DNA of 64,000 nt. Origin: Lama glama. Taxonomy: Eukaryota. The notes beneath the pieces were generated by a model. The model did not search any database and was not told the origin of the DNA. It worked only from the letters and a program-made list of their open reading frames with translations. The DNA lies in NCBI GenBank assembly GCA_028534125.1, contig CM052818.1:13084001-13148000 (forward strand). The letters run 5' to 3'. Of the stretch, positions 27,080-40,186 are shown piece by piece (the stretch's first letter is position 1; each line of letters begins with the position of its first letter). The position numbers and the translations under genes were made by a program.

Positions 27080-29789
27080 TGACCAATAATGGGACAGAAA
27101 ATATGTAAATATTTAAAAATAAAATGTAACAGAGTAAAATGCAGGGAACTCCATCCTTTAAAAAATACATCACGATGCACATCCCAGTCCTAGCTGATCA
27201 TGAGAAAAAAATGATAAAGTCTTGTGTGTGAGAAAGAAAAGGAGACCCTTGTGTACTGGAATATATTTGACCACATCTGCTACAGTCCCTTGCCCAAGCT
27301 GCTTCTTCCTTTCCTTCCTTACTCAAGGAACTTCCAGAGTGGTGTCAACTGTAAGATAAGCTGGTCTTCCATTACACCCCGGGAATGTGGAGTACAGCTG
27401 CGCTCCCAAGGGAAGCATGGAACAAAAATTGGCATTTTCACTGTAAAGTGATACATCCATGCATGCACACACAGACACACATACACACACAACTGCATTA
27501 GGATGTGCTAAGATTTGACTTGATCATTACTTTTATACCAGTGGCTGACAGCTGTTAAAGCAGATTTCAGGATGTCATCTTGGCTTCCAGAACTCTGAGA
27601 ATGAGGCTCCAAAAGAGCATCAAGGCTTTCCCTACCCCGAAAAACAGCCAAATACTATGCTATACTCTACATAGAGACACAATATATTAAAGAAGGATCC
27701 TGTCTCCAAGAAGTATGTAGCCAGTTGAGGGGAAATAAGAAGGAAAAAATAAAGCAAGCAATAAGGTAATATGAAATTCAGGGCTACATCATGTGAAACA
27801 GGAAGACAGAAAGATCAGTATTAACTGGAGTTCTTCTGAAGGAGAAACATGACTTAATGGATCAACAGAAGCTTAACAGATCAGAGAGATGCCAGTGGAG
27901 CCACAGGATGGACAAGGGCCAGAAGCCAAGAATGATCCTGTTGTAAACAGGGAAGAGAGAATGAATTCATACGAAGGAAGAGAAGGGGACATACTAGGGG
28001 GCAGAAGGAGGGAAGGCCAAGTTGCGTCCCACAGTTACAATCTGAAAAGCCAATGTCAAATCAGCAAAGTGATTTGCTTTTAACTTCCTCCCAAGGGTAT
28101 TTTATTTCTCTTTCCACCCTGGGAAACTTATGGACTTCAACACATTAGAAAAGCCACGTTAAGCAAACAGTACCAATGTGAAAATCCAACGACATTCTCA
28201 AGATATTCTTTGGGCAAATCTCGGGTATATTTTCAAAGCAGAAATCATTTCTCTCTCACTTTTCTTTGAACCTACATGTAAAAGTTCACAGTACTTCTTG
28301 CAATAAAAAAGTGTAAGAAACAGTCTAAAGAATTCCACTAATACACATCTTCTAATTGATTCCAATTTTAGAACTGGCACGTACCTTGAAGATTCCCTAA
28401 TTCAGTGTGTCACTGATCCTGACTCACTTGGCAGATGAGAATAAAGCCCAGAAAGTAGTGACCTTGGCCTCCAACACTGGGGATTAGTTACCTACATTCA
28501 AAAGATTTTGTTTCATTGCTGGGGCCTCACCGTCATTCCCATCTTAGATCTTCTCATAGCTGAGATGGCAAGCTTCTCCCATAGACAGTTAAATTCTAAG
28601 TTCTTCCTGATTTTAGATATTCTGGGTGGACTTTTACCTTTAACGTAACTTGATATTCTCCTTGGACAATATCCTGGACTTGATTTCACTTCAATTTGCC
28701 TCAAATGCATTCAGTCACAGAAAGTAGCTCGAGTTTTTTCTCTGCCAGTTTGAAAATACTCTGGTCAAAACATTAAACCCCCTAATTTCCCCTTGGTTTC
28801 TAAAGCAGTGTTTCTCTCCCTAGGGAAACACCCATCTTTGAAACCAGCCATGAATTACTCTGATTATTGTACGTAAGAGGTTACTGTTGGTATCTGCGAC
28901 TGTCTCAGGATTGTCAAATTTCTGAGTGGTTTTGATTAGATGAAGTGCTGTCTGGACTTCAAAATTTCAGGGCGGAAAAGAAAATCTGGTAATGGTCCCT
29001 TCGAAGACAAATTACAGCATCTGGAACGGTATCCAGGAGGAAAATCATCTGGAAGACTATTGCTGCTGTGGGTTTAGAGATGTTAGCTTTTCTGTGGCTG
29101 AGTTAGTCTCCCTCTGCCAGAGCCAGTCCAATGGCCACGTGATTTCAGGTCTGGATGCTGTATCTTCAATAAACCCCAAACTCTAAAGACACTGCTTGGA
29201 TTAGTTTCAAATTAATCCCACCATCCACAGGCTTTTCACATTCCTAAGGAAATGACTTCAGAACTATATATTTTACAAATTATTACTGTTCTAAAAGTGT
29301 TTCTCTCTCTTCCTCAGGCAAGCAAAGTTCAGTCTCCTACTCAGAATTCTATTAGCTCCAGAAGTATAAGTGATTACATTTCTCACTATAATTTGATTTT
29401 TTTCTTATTAAAAAAAAACTTCTTGGAATCAGCATTTTCAGATTTGCCTGGATATTTAACTCAGACTGCTTTACTGGCAGATAGATAGGATTTTTTATTT
29501 TTAATAGGAGCTTTAATTGTCCTAAATAGGTAAAAAAAAAAGACATCAAGTCTTGCTCTCATCCATCATCTATGAAGCTAATTCTACTCTGGTCAGACCC
29601 TTCTCTCTGTGGCAACCTGCAAGAAATATGAGCTAGTTACTTCTATCCCATTCCTCCCATGTAGAAACCTATTACAGTTACTACAGTTACTCACTGGCCC
29701 CAACTTCTCTTAACTCTGGGTCTCTGCCCACACCTTCCCCTGCCAAATAATCATTCTACACTGCCTGTCCTTCCTCCTTCCTCCTCTAT

Positions 29790-29990
29790 GCGGGCTGTGA
29801 AAAAGAGCTTTCTCATAATAAGAATATCCAGAGATTGGAATATACTGCTTCATATGATAATGTGATTCAAGTTACTGGAAATGTTTCGAGAAAGCTCAAG
29901 GAGATGCTATAAAGATTTCTACCTGTGTGTGCTGGGGGGCTGGTCCCTTTAACTCTCAAGTTCAAGAATTCCACAACTTTAAATTCTTCT
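29790..29990 (+). mobile_element. L3/CR1 LINE 3' relic
   Basis: 'aagagctttctcataataaga...agattggaat...ttactggaaatgtttc' followed by a CR1-like tail. Confidence 0.55.
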
Positions 29991-30224
29991 CACTCCATGA
30001 ATCCCTTTCAGTTTTCCTTCTTTTCAACTAACTCATTAGCCAAAAACTCATATGTTGAGTGTCTTGCGGTTTTTCTTTACCTGCTTTCTGAAATGTTATT
30101 TATTTTCCTGTTTTCATTTTTCACCCAAATATGCTACATGAAAATATTCCCTGAAGCCATACACAGTGACGGTTGGTGTTCCCTGCAGGGGTTTAGTACA
30201 TACTTGTGAATTTAGTGCCATATC

Positions 30225-30560
30225 AAGACATCTTCGCCCAGCAGTGATAACCTGCCGCGTGCCAGGCGCTGTTTAGTTACCGGCAGTACGGTGGCAAGCG
30301 AGAGCGATGAGGTCTGCGCGTTCGCAGAGCTCGCATTCCAGTGGGGAAGACTGGTGACGGGAAGCAAATGCAATCTTTGGTGAAGGTGACACATGCAATA
30401 AAAGCAACAAAACTGAGTGTTTGCAGCGAGAGATGAGCAGAAGGACAGCTACATGGGAGAGCCTGGCCTAGGAAGGGCTCTCTCAGGACTACGACCTGCA
30501 GAGAAGCCAACTGCGGCAGAGAGCGTGGAGAAAGCGGGATGCGCGGGCCCTGGCTGGGAA
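30225..30560 (-). mobile_element. L2 3' end relic, unusually CpG-rich
   Basis: 'cctgccgcgtgccaggcgctgtttag' and 'gagctcgcattccagtggggaagac' align to the L2 tail consensus. Confidence 0.7.
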
Positions 30561-30699
30561 GTGGGAGGGGACAGCAGCTTGAAACAGGGATCTGTTCATC
30601 TTGTCACCTTCCTCCACTGCTTACGTTTTTAAAAACCGTGTGCTCTCTTTGGCTGTTTCACTTAGACCTGGACTCTAACCCTCTGACTTTTAGGTTTTC

Positions 30700-31475
30700 C
30701 TTGGGACAGAAATCTTAGCATTACATTTGGCTCCTCTCTCTCACACACCCCGCTTTCCGACGGCTAGGAAATTCTGCTGACCTTGCCTCCAAAATGTCCT
30801 GAAAATCCAGCTTCCCGCTAGTCTCCTACAGGTGTCTCCACTTCCATCCTTGCCTCCTCTCCCAGGTCTACTATCATTCAAAGTCTATTTGCGTTTCTTT
30901 CTAAAACGCTAAGTCATCTCCAAAACCCTGCAGGAGCTCACCATTTTGCTCCATAAAAAAAGTCGAAGTCCTTCAAAAGTCCAGCAGGGCCCCACATGAT
31001 CTGGGCACCTGGCCCTCTCTGCCCTCATGACATCACACCCTGGCTCCAGCCATAAGGCCTCCCTTTCTGTTCCTGGACACCCTGGCATTCACTTGCTTTA
31101 GTTGTCCACACTTTCTGGACTGTTCTTCCTCCAGGGAGCTGCTTGGCTAATTTCTTCACCTCCTATAAGTTTCTATTCAGATCTCAGCCTCTCAATGAAA
31201 CTTACCAAGCCAACTTCATTTAATCCTGCAGACTGTCCCCACCTCCGTCCCACATTCTCCTGATCTCCTGTAGGTGGCTGTACTTTATTTTTCTCCAAAT
31301 ACTTTACCACCTTCTATCATATAAATTAGCTTGTTCATATGTTTATCATATAAGACCTGCCTCTCCCCATCATGTCAACTCCACAGGCAGGGATCTTTGT
31401 CTGCTGTGTTGAATGATGGACTCCAAGTACCTAGAATAGTGTCTGGCACAACAGAAATTTATTGAATGAGTTGAT
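30700..31475 (+). mobile_element. L2 LINE 3' part
   Basis: Ends 'ggcagggatctttgtctgctgtgtt...tacctagaatagtgtctggcacaacagaaatttattgaatgagttga'. Confidence 0.85.
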
Positions 31476-31722
31476 CAACCAGTTATGCAGATAGTGCCCT
31501 GAAAGGAAATTATTTCATCACACAGGTCGACACTCTTCAGTCACTCCAGGTGAGACTGTATTTGAATGAAGCCTAACATCAATTCTGTTGTGCCATTTCA
31601 AAAACATTATATAGAACATTAAACTTTGGATAGAAACATCAGGGAGGTTCTCACATTATGTCAGATCTAATCATTGGTGGGTAATTTCCATAAGAAATGT
31701 GCTTTCACCAGGCTCAAAAAAA

Positions 31723-31724
31723 TG

Positions 31725-31748
<24 letters not shown>
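31723..31748. repeat. (TG)13 microsatellite
   Basis: Read directly from the sequence. Confidence 0.97.
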
Positions 31749-31755
<7 letters not shown>

Positions 31756-32639
31756 GAATGGGGAGAACGGGTGGGGGAGAGGAGAAAGGAAGGAGAGGAA
31801 GAGAGTAGAAGAACAGATGAAAAAAAAAAAACGAGAGAGAGAGAGACCTAACAGTTATAGGAAATGTACAAAATAGGAGTCATTTCTGCCACTGATACCT
31901 TAGAACACAATAAAAATGCCTTCAGCTGGGAATCTGCTTAAAATAATAAGGTTCCCCTTTTTGGTTAGAAATACCCACTGGGTGGAATTTAAACTTCACC
32001 TGTGAGGGAGGGGTGTGCTGAGGGCGAGGGCACAGGAGCAAGCTTAGTTGTGGGGCACTGGGCAGGTGTCAGCCGGGCCCCGAGTGAGGGCTTCGAGCTG
32101 TCAGAGAGCAGCCTGAGGAGGGCAGAGAGCAGCAGTCCGTGTCCAGACAGGGTATGTTTCTTTGTGAAGAGAGAAACCTGACAGAGCAAAGGAAGAGAAC
32201 ACAGAGCAATGTGCTGTCCTGTTTATTTTAATTAGAATGAAGGCTGCAAATACTGCATTGTCTTCCAAGAATGCTGTGACAGAAAAAAAACCACGAGGGC
32301 CATCCTGCCGGTGCCATGCAAGTGTTATGTTTTTGGAAATAGTCCAGATTTTGTTTCGCTATTTTATTCACTATTGTTATTATTTATCCACTTGTTTTTC
32401 TATAAAAGGGTAAACAGTTAAATGGATACTGAAATCCAATGATTTGCATATAAACCAATTTAGAAAACAAACAAACAAAAAATCAGGATCTATGTCCTAA
32501 CTTTGTTCCAGAAAATAATTACCAAAAATTTGTTCAAGTTTCTGCTCTTCCCAAATGAGACTTTTTAAAACGGGAGAGAACGGCATTTTGTTGCATGTTC
32601 GCTACCATCCACCTGCACCTATTCCTTGGGAACTGGTGC

Positions 32640-32790
32640 CTGCTTGTTTCAGCTTCCACTTCTCCCTGCGAGCTAGAGGCTCCACGCAGCAAGGCCTCGC
32701 CGAATAGTTATTTTCCGGGCTGTGCTGTGACTAGTACAGCGCTCTGCGCTAGGAGGTGTTTGATAACTTTGTGTTGAAGGAACGAAGGGA
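32640..32790 (+). mobile_element. L2 3' tail relic
   Basis: 'ctagaggctcc...gactagtacagcgctctgcgctaggaggtgtttgataactttgtgttgaaggaacgaa'. Confidence 0.6.
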
Positions 32791-33821
32791 TGTCCTTCTC
32801 CTTCCGTTCCCAACTGCTTTGGTGGCTACTCCAAATTTGGTGCTCTCAGAACAGTCTGAAGCAGTTAACTTAAAATGCATTCAGATGTCCATCCAAAAAA
32901 ATCATACAGTAACAAGCAATCTAAACTGAAGTCTGGCTTAGACGAAGTTTTTGTGCCATAAAATTGCTTTCACTTTGACTATCTCCTGTGCGAGTATCAG
33001 CCCTATGAAGGAAACAAGGGCCAGCAGCACTGAACTGGGCTAAAGGACGGGGGACTCTACGGAAAATATTGCAAATGCTAAAGGGCTGTTTGGCATGAGA
33101 ACTATTATAACAGCTATTCAGGGTTAAAACGTGTCTTACTTTCCACTGTTGCGTTGCTGCTGCTGCTGTCCCAGAGAAAATCACTGCCTTCCCCCAAAGC
33201 CAGAGGATGAAAATCGATGTCATTTTAAGGAACGCGACAATTTCCCTCAGTGTACGCGGCCCCCTTGCGAGCGGGTCTTGTCAGTATTGTCAATGAACGC
33301 ACAAGGAAGTAAATCTGCCAAAAACAAATTTTCAAAAGACGTAAGCCTATGCAAATGTTATTTTCTCTAAGGATAATTATTCTGACTTTTTATGCATATT
33401 GAGATGCTTTTAAAAGCCTGTATACAATTGCTTTTTCACTGTCACACTTTTCAGCAAAATAATTTTTCATATTAGATAGCAAAGCATCATTCATTTGGAT
33501 TCCATCAAATGGGAATTCATAAAAATTTTCTTTAATTCAGCCTATATACACTCTCTGCAACTGGCTATAAAATAAGAGCTGGCAAAACAAAGTCATAGTG
33601 TAACAATTAAGGAATAGTTGCCTTACATAAGAAAAGCAAAGTTTTCACAATGTTTTAGCGTTACTTATCCACACACAAAGTGATCTGAATCGATAATGGA
33701 TGAATCAAGGTAGATAATGGATAGATACAGTTAGCTTAGATAAAATTGGAAAGACCACATACTGTGGAACTTTTTTTTTTTTGGTCAGCTATTTTGGTAC
33801 ATATTAACAAGCACTTTGTAA

Positions 33822-34830
33822 TCAGTCAGTTAACATCCATTCATTGAACATTTACTGGATGCTAGACACTCTTTCAGGTGCTATAGACACTCCACTGAAA
33901 ACAAACAAAAAGGGCTCCTGCATTCAAGGAACACTCTAGTACGGAAGACGGACAGACAGACAGACATGCAGACACAGACACCTAAATAAGTACACTGCTC
34001 CCCTGTCCACCCTCTACTACTTTAGGTTAGATCTAGGTCATCAGAGAAAAGCTGGGGCATTCAAGTTGAAACCTGAAGGTAAAGATTCTGGGAATGAACT
34101 TTCCAATTGGCAAGACTAGAACCTATAAAGTTCCCAAGATGGGAAGGAGCCAGAGGCACTCTAAGAAAAGAAAGAGGGTGCAGTGCCCAAGCGGAAGAGA
34201 GGAAGGTGAGGGGAGATCAAGCTGAGGCAGCAGAGAGACAAGACCCGCAGTGTCAGTGAGCCAGCATCAGGAGCTGGGACTTCATACTGTTTGGAGCAGG
34301 CAGCCACTGGGGAAGGTGGGATTGGGACATTACAGAGGTGTCAACTGATCTATACTTCAGAATGATCATCCTGGCTGCTCTGTGGAAGACAGAGAAAAAC
34401 AGAATGAGAGTGAAGTTGGGGGATCATTGAGCCTCTTCGGGAGATGCATTGATCACTGTGGGTTATAAATGAGTGGCCATGTTGAACAAGCCTCCAGGTG
34501 AACAGAGAACAAAGCACAAGTATAGAGCAAATGTGAGGTCTTACGAAAAAAATGGAATCAAAGATAATGGCTCCATTTCCGGCATGGGCAACTACGGGCT
34601 GGTGAGACAGCTTGGAGATGAAGCAGGAGTAGGGTTTGTAATCAAGAATTCTACTTTCTTCAAGTTAGGCTTAATACTTCTACTGAACATCTAAGGTAAG
34701 ATCCAGACTGGGCAGTTAAAGATACGAGTCTGCAGCTCAGACAAGAAATTTGGGGTTTCAGCTTAAATGTGAAAGTCAATAAGACCTGTTGGAGAAGGGT
34801 CTGAACAGAGAAGCCTGGTAGAGCAGGAAG
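33822..34830 (-). mobile_element. L2 LINE relic
   Basis: Tail 'catccattcattgaacatttactggatgc'; internal 'aatgatcatcctggctgctctgtggaaga' and 'ggaatcaaagataatggctcc'. Confidence 0.75.
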
Positions 34831-36079
34831 AGCCACATGGCAGACACCCAGCCAAACCCCCTTCTCCGCAGTCCTGAGCCTCAGACAGCAGAGCGAGCAC
34901 CCGGCCTCCCCCTCAGACACAGGCACAGAGAGCATGTATCTTCCTCTTGCGTACACTTTAAAGAGATATCTTCCCCCCTTTATTCTCACCTGTGTTTCAT
35001 TCCAAAATCCAAGCCTCCTGCTTTGTTTCTCTCCTGCTGCCCCCTTATACAGCGTGCCTCTTTCTTCTTCTCTTGGGACCCCTTGCCCTCCCAGTCATTT
35101 TGGAAGAAGTGAGTACAGCACAGTGGCTAAGAGCTGGCTCTGTGGGTTTTGGTTTTCACTGAACATAAATACGGAAGTAGATGCTCTTGAAGACTAAGAC
35201 CCACAATTCCTGGGTTACAATCATCATGCATTTGACTATAACCCATGTTAGCGGTTTAATCGTTAAAGTCAGCTAAGATTTCTAATGGTATATGTATGTT
35301 ATGCTGCTATTCTTTCATTTATTCATTAAACAAACATTTATAGAGTATCGACCATGCTCAAGGCCTTGGGGAAGCAGAGAGTGTCTAAGACGATGTTGTA
35401 ATGTTCTGAGAAAGGAGATAAAGCACCCTCATGTGATAGATGCATCCCCGTTCTGAAGATGGCAGTGAAACGGGTTTAAGTGAGGCTTATTTACATTTAA
35501 AAATCCTATTCTTTAGGAACACCTGCCCTTACAGGTTTCTCTCCTCAACCATGTTCTTAAAAAGTCCTTCCACTTAGAAAGTTACCAGGTTAGGAAGAAT
35601 TAAAAAAAAACTTTTACGTCAATATAAAGGAATATTAGTTGCTGTCATTGTTGAGAACAAGTTACTGGACGTTTGCCAAAACAAGGAGCCAAAAAACTAT
35701 AAAAGCACTACTTAATCTAAGCATTTTATTTGACAATGGTATTCTAACTAAACTTGAGATATCAAGGGTTTTTTTTTTTTCCTGCCATTGGGAAAACTTT
35801 AATGGGAAATAAATCTCAAAAGTCCTATTAAATACAGCCAACACAGGGCACTTGAGATGTGATTATTGCTTTTCATGCCCTTTGATTTTAGAGACATTTT
35901 ACAATAGTGCAGTCAGGAGGGCAAGTTCTGGCTAGGAAAAGTCCTGCTGACCGCCAGGTCCTTTTGGGCTCTTCTACATTCCTAAGGATTCGATCATTTT
36001 GTCTTCCCTCAACAGTTACTAGGCAACAACAGATGAATCAATTTGGTCAGGCAAGTGTACCGGATGACACACTTAACAG

Positions 36080-36285
36080 CTAATAACTTTAACTTGATTT
36101 ATCGTGTATCAAGAATTTTGCTAAAAAGGCATTTTTCACATGCATTAATGCATTTAATCCTCACTGTGAAACTAAAAAGTGGGTATAATTATTCCCATCT
36201 TAGAAATAAAAGATTGAGGCTTAGAGATGTTGAGAAACTCCTCAAAGTCACGAAGCTAGACGAGTGCAATTCTGGACCTCAACGC
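36080..36285 (-). mobile_element. MIR SINE
   Basis: 'catttaatcctcac...attattcccatcttagaaataaaagattgaggcttagagatgttgagaaactcctcaaagtcac'. Confidence 0.85.
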
Positions 36286-39200
36286 CCACCCACACTGCTG
36301 GAGAACACAGACCTTGTGGAGAAACAGAGTGAAGACCAAATTAAGCAACTATCAAAGAATCTGATCAGCACCAATGAAGTCTGATTGATCTTGTCTCTTC
36401 CTCATCATTACACTTGAACACTATACCCTCACTCAATGGATGCATTTGTTGAAAGAATGAAAACTGTGTTTTCCTTAAGATACAAAAAAGCCCATCATCC
36501 CTTCAGTTCACACAGTGGTGCTTTCAAGTAAGCAAGAGTCAGCCGAAGTGAAGACGGCAGGTTTCACAGTCCCCAACTACCAAACTATCCGAAGCCAAAT
36601 GCCTAGATCTGCTAAGTCATTGGTGGGCTTAATAAATACTGATGCCATTCACAATGCAATCTTTGGGAAATTTCACAAACTTCTTACAACTCAAGTCTCA
36701 GAAACCTACAGGCTTAGAAGAAAATGTTGGACAAACGCAAAGAGCAGTTTCTTCTGACTTGTTGATGTCTAATCTTAATTGTTTTCAAAGCAGCTGCTTT
36801 CCTGGATTCTCTTCTGAACAGCTGGGGAACTCCATGAAATGTCCACTCTGCTTAATTTAATGTCACAGCAACCTATGCTGTTAACATTCTTCCTGGTGAT
36901 GACAAAAGAGAACTTGATGTATATCACCTAATGGAAGCAATCACAGGCACTTGGACAGAAGCCGATTATTCCTCCAAAGCAAGTATCTCGATGCACTATT
37001 TTAAAGTAATCATCCCTGGCCACAAAATTGTATACACACTGAAGGAATATATCAATACTTAATGATACATGAGAGTAAGAAGTAGGTACAGTGAACTTCT
37101 ACACCTAAAATAACTGTAATTTTCAAACAGTGGTCTTTCAAGCTCCATACAGCCTGAAATTACACACACAACAATAAAAAGGGTATTTTGTATTCAGTTA
37201 GGCCATACAATCAATCTATTAAATTCTGTTTACACTAATTTTCACATTGATTATGTATTACCCTAGAAATGTTATGTGCTGGATTATAAAATGACATTCT
37301 TAAATCAATGATTGTTATTCACCCTCACAAAATGCAGGAGTGCTCCTTTAACTTTCAAAGCAGATGGAATTGAAAATCTTTGAGTTTTCACTTGTGTTAC
37401 CTCCTGTCAGTGCAGTCCCTATTTAGGGAAAACCTTAAATTATACATTAAAAAAATTTATAAATCAAAAAGTAAAAGAAGGAATAAAATGGACGGTGAAA
37501 TCCTAAAATAAACTGTAAACTCCACGTTCCTTAGGGAAGGGACTATGCTTTATTCATCTTTATAACCCAAGTCTGGCATTGATATTTAACCCCAAATACT
37601 TGCTGAACTAAGGTGCATGCCTCTTCAACATGAAAAATGACCTTTGAGTATTTTAAGAATTAAAAATGTCTCTGTAAAGTCTAAGTCTATGAGAGCTGAA
37701 GGAGAATGCAAGCTGTTGACTTTAAGGAAGAAATATCAGTGACTATAAGAAGTAGATGTGCAAATAAGATGACAATAAAAAATTTCCCTTTGGAACACAC
37801 TGAGATAAATAAAAAGTCTACCTGGTCTCACATGGCTTGAGTGAGGCATTTTAATTAAAAATAATAATAATTAAATGATGTTTTTACACCCTTGGGAAAA
37901 TTTAATTCTAGAAAGAGATCTCAGAGCATGCTGGGTGGAGGGAGGCTGGTCAAAGAGTTATCCCTTGCCTGCATATTCCTTCAGTTAATAATTAAGATTC
38001 TATTCCTGCTCCTCTAGGAGGACACAGTTATGGGGGGGAGTAACAGGGGGGACCATCATTGTATAAAGAGAATTATGAGTCTATTTTCTCCCTGAGAATA
38101 AATAAAGCTATGCAAGAATTTAAAATAATGCAAGAAAGGGGAGGGTCTGCTAACACAACTGCTTATAAACACATCCTTCTCCCCTCTGGGGACAACTCAG
38201 CCTTCTGCCCTTGGCACCAACAGCCCAACTGGGGCTCCCGTTTGAGGCTACTGGCTTCGCAGATTTACTGAGAAAGGGTTTCTTACATTATCACATTAGA
38301 TCTAGCAACGGGACAAGATGAATTGTTTTGAATTGGCAGTCTGTCCTTAAGATGTACGCAGGGACATTAAGGTGGAATAAAACAGGCCCATAATGGGCCC
38401 ATGTAAATTCAAATCCATAGCAAATGCTGGACGCCTCTTACATTTACAAATGTATATACCCTTCCATAATGACCATTTCAATGAGCTGGTTTATAAAGAG
38501 ATTAATCTTCTGAGTCTAAAGAGAAACTCACTTGAAATTTATTTTCTTATTTCTGTCTATGCAGAGGTGCCTGAGAAGTCAATCTACCATCAAGAGACCC
38601 TGACTTCCCTCAGCCTATCCATGCTCTCAAGCTAAGAAGCTAGCTTCTAATATACGTGAAGAAAAATGAATTACTTGGAAGGAGTGCACATAATTCCAAA
38701 GATAGCGTTCAATTCTGTGTAAATAAGATTTAATCAGCTTTTTAAAAAAACATACAGGCCTAGAAAAATACTTGCTTTGTGATCACCACCATCACTACAT
38801 ACTTGATACACATGCAGGAAGAAGAAAGATTTTAGAAGCTTAGCCAAGTCTTCCACATCAGAACAGACAAGATTCTACCCTAGGATGGGAGCACCACATG
38901 CAACTTTCTCATACCCACAGAATCAGGAACTGCCTCTTACTATCTTCTGCTCATTCTGACCTAAACAGCAAGCAGATGGCACAGCAGTTCCAAAGTTAAC
39001 TTCAAAGCAGCATCTCCCAGGAGCTCTAACCCAGACTCCTCGACAGTGGGAGGACTCGACCTCTGTTTCTTAAACTTTGAGAAGCTAAGTTCTGTTTTCC
39101 GTTCAGTCCCTCAGTACCTGGGGTCTACACTCACTGTCCAGTCACTTTATGTGTCGGGTCCAGTGACGTTCCTAACCAATTTCCAGGACATTTCACAAGG

Positions 39201-39962
39201 TCCTGGTCTTTGATACTTAAGTCTTCTGCACACTTATTGTTTCTTAATTTTTCATGCTGTCTTTTCCAAATATTTTATTCCACTTGCATCAGCACCTGAA
39301 AATATGCAATCTTTGCTTATTTCAAAAACATTTATGAAGAGTTTAATGTGGTCTTTTAAAAATTTGTCTGGCTCTTAAAAGTTACTCTTAAAGATTTTTA
39401 ACTTTAAGCTTTTAATTTATGCTACTGTATTATATATTTTTAGGCATTTTTTTTACAGTAAATGGAGCATATTGGATCCAAGGTCTTAAGACACTCCTTC
39501 TTGGACAAAGGATTGTGGTCTTGGGGCTACAAGAGTTCATCTGACTCTGCCCAACCTGCAGGGCTCTTGCAAAGCTGCACACTTTGGATGCTTTTAATCT
39601 GCTCTGACAATCAAGATTCTAGTCTCAGCTCCTGGACCCAGACTTAGGCTCCAAATCCAATGTCAGACTGGGGAGTGGAACACTGCCTCTTTAAGGAAAA
39701 CAAAGACCAGGTGGGAAGGCAGGTACTAGACCTTTCAAGGACACACCTTAGGAAAAAAGCTCAGGCCCAGAGATGTCTGGGACTGCCCTGTGCCTGACTT
39801 CCTGGCCCAGGCATCTCTCCTACTCATTGGCTTCTAGTAACTTTAACTGGAAATCTTCTAGACAGTTCTAACCTTTATCTGGCCCCACTGTCTGTGCAAC
39901 AGTTCGTTTATGCCACTGTAAGAACTAGCCTCCTGAAACCATTCGTCTGGGATCTGGCAGAG

Positions 39963-40186
39963 ACTAGCAGTAAAGAGCATGGAGCCAGACTGCCTGAGTT
40001 TGAATACTGACCCTACCACCTCCTCTGTGGCTTTGAGCAAGTTATCAAACTCCTGTGTCTCAAGTTTCCTCATTTGCAAAGTGGATTAATAACCATCTCC
40101 TACCCATGAGGTAGGTACACAGTAAGTTACTATGTGTGAGGCACCTCAGACAGTGCCCGGCACACAGCAAGCTCTAGCTATTATTA
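39963..40186 (+). mobile_element. MIR SINE
   Basis: 'ggagccagactgcctgagtttgaat...ctttgagcaagtta...agtttcctcatttgcaaagtgg...cagtgcccggcacacagcaagc'. Confidence 0.9.

Noticed and set aside
36043..36384. 113-aa ORF
   Set aside because: It largely runs through an antisense MIR and is a chance ORF.
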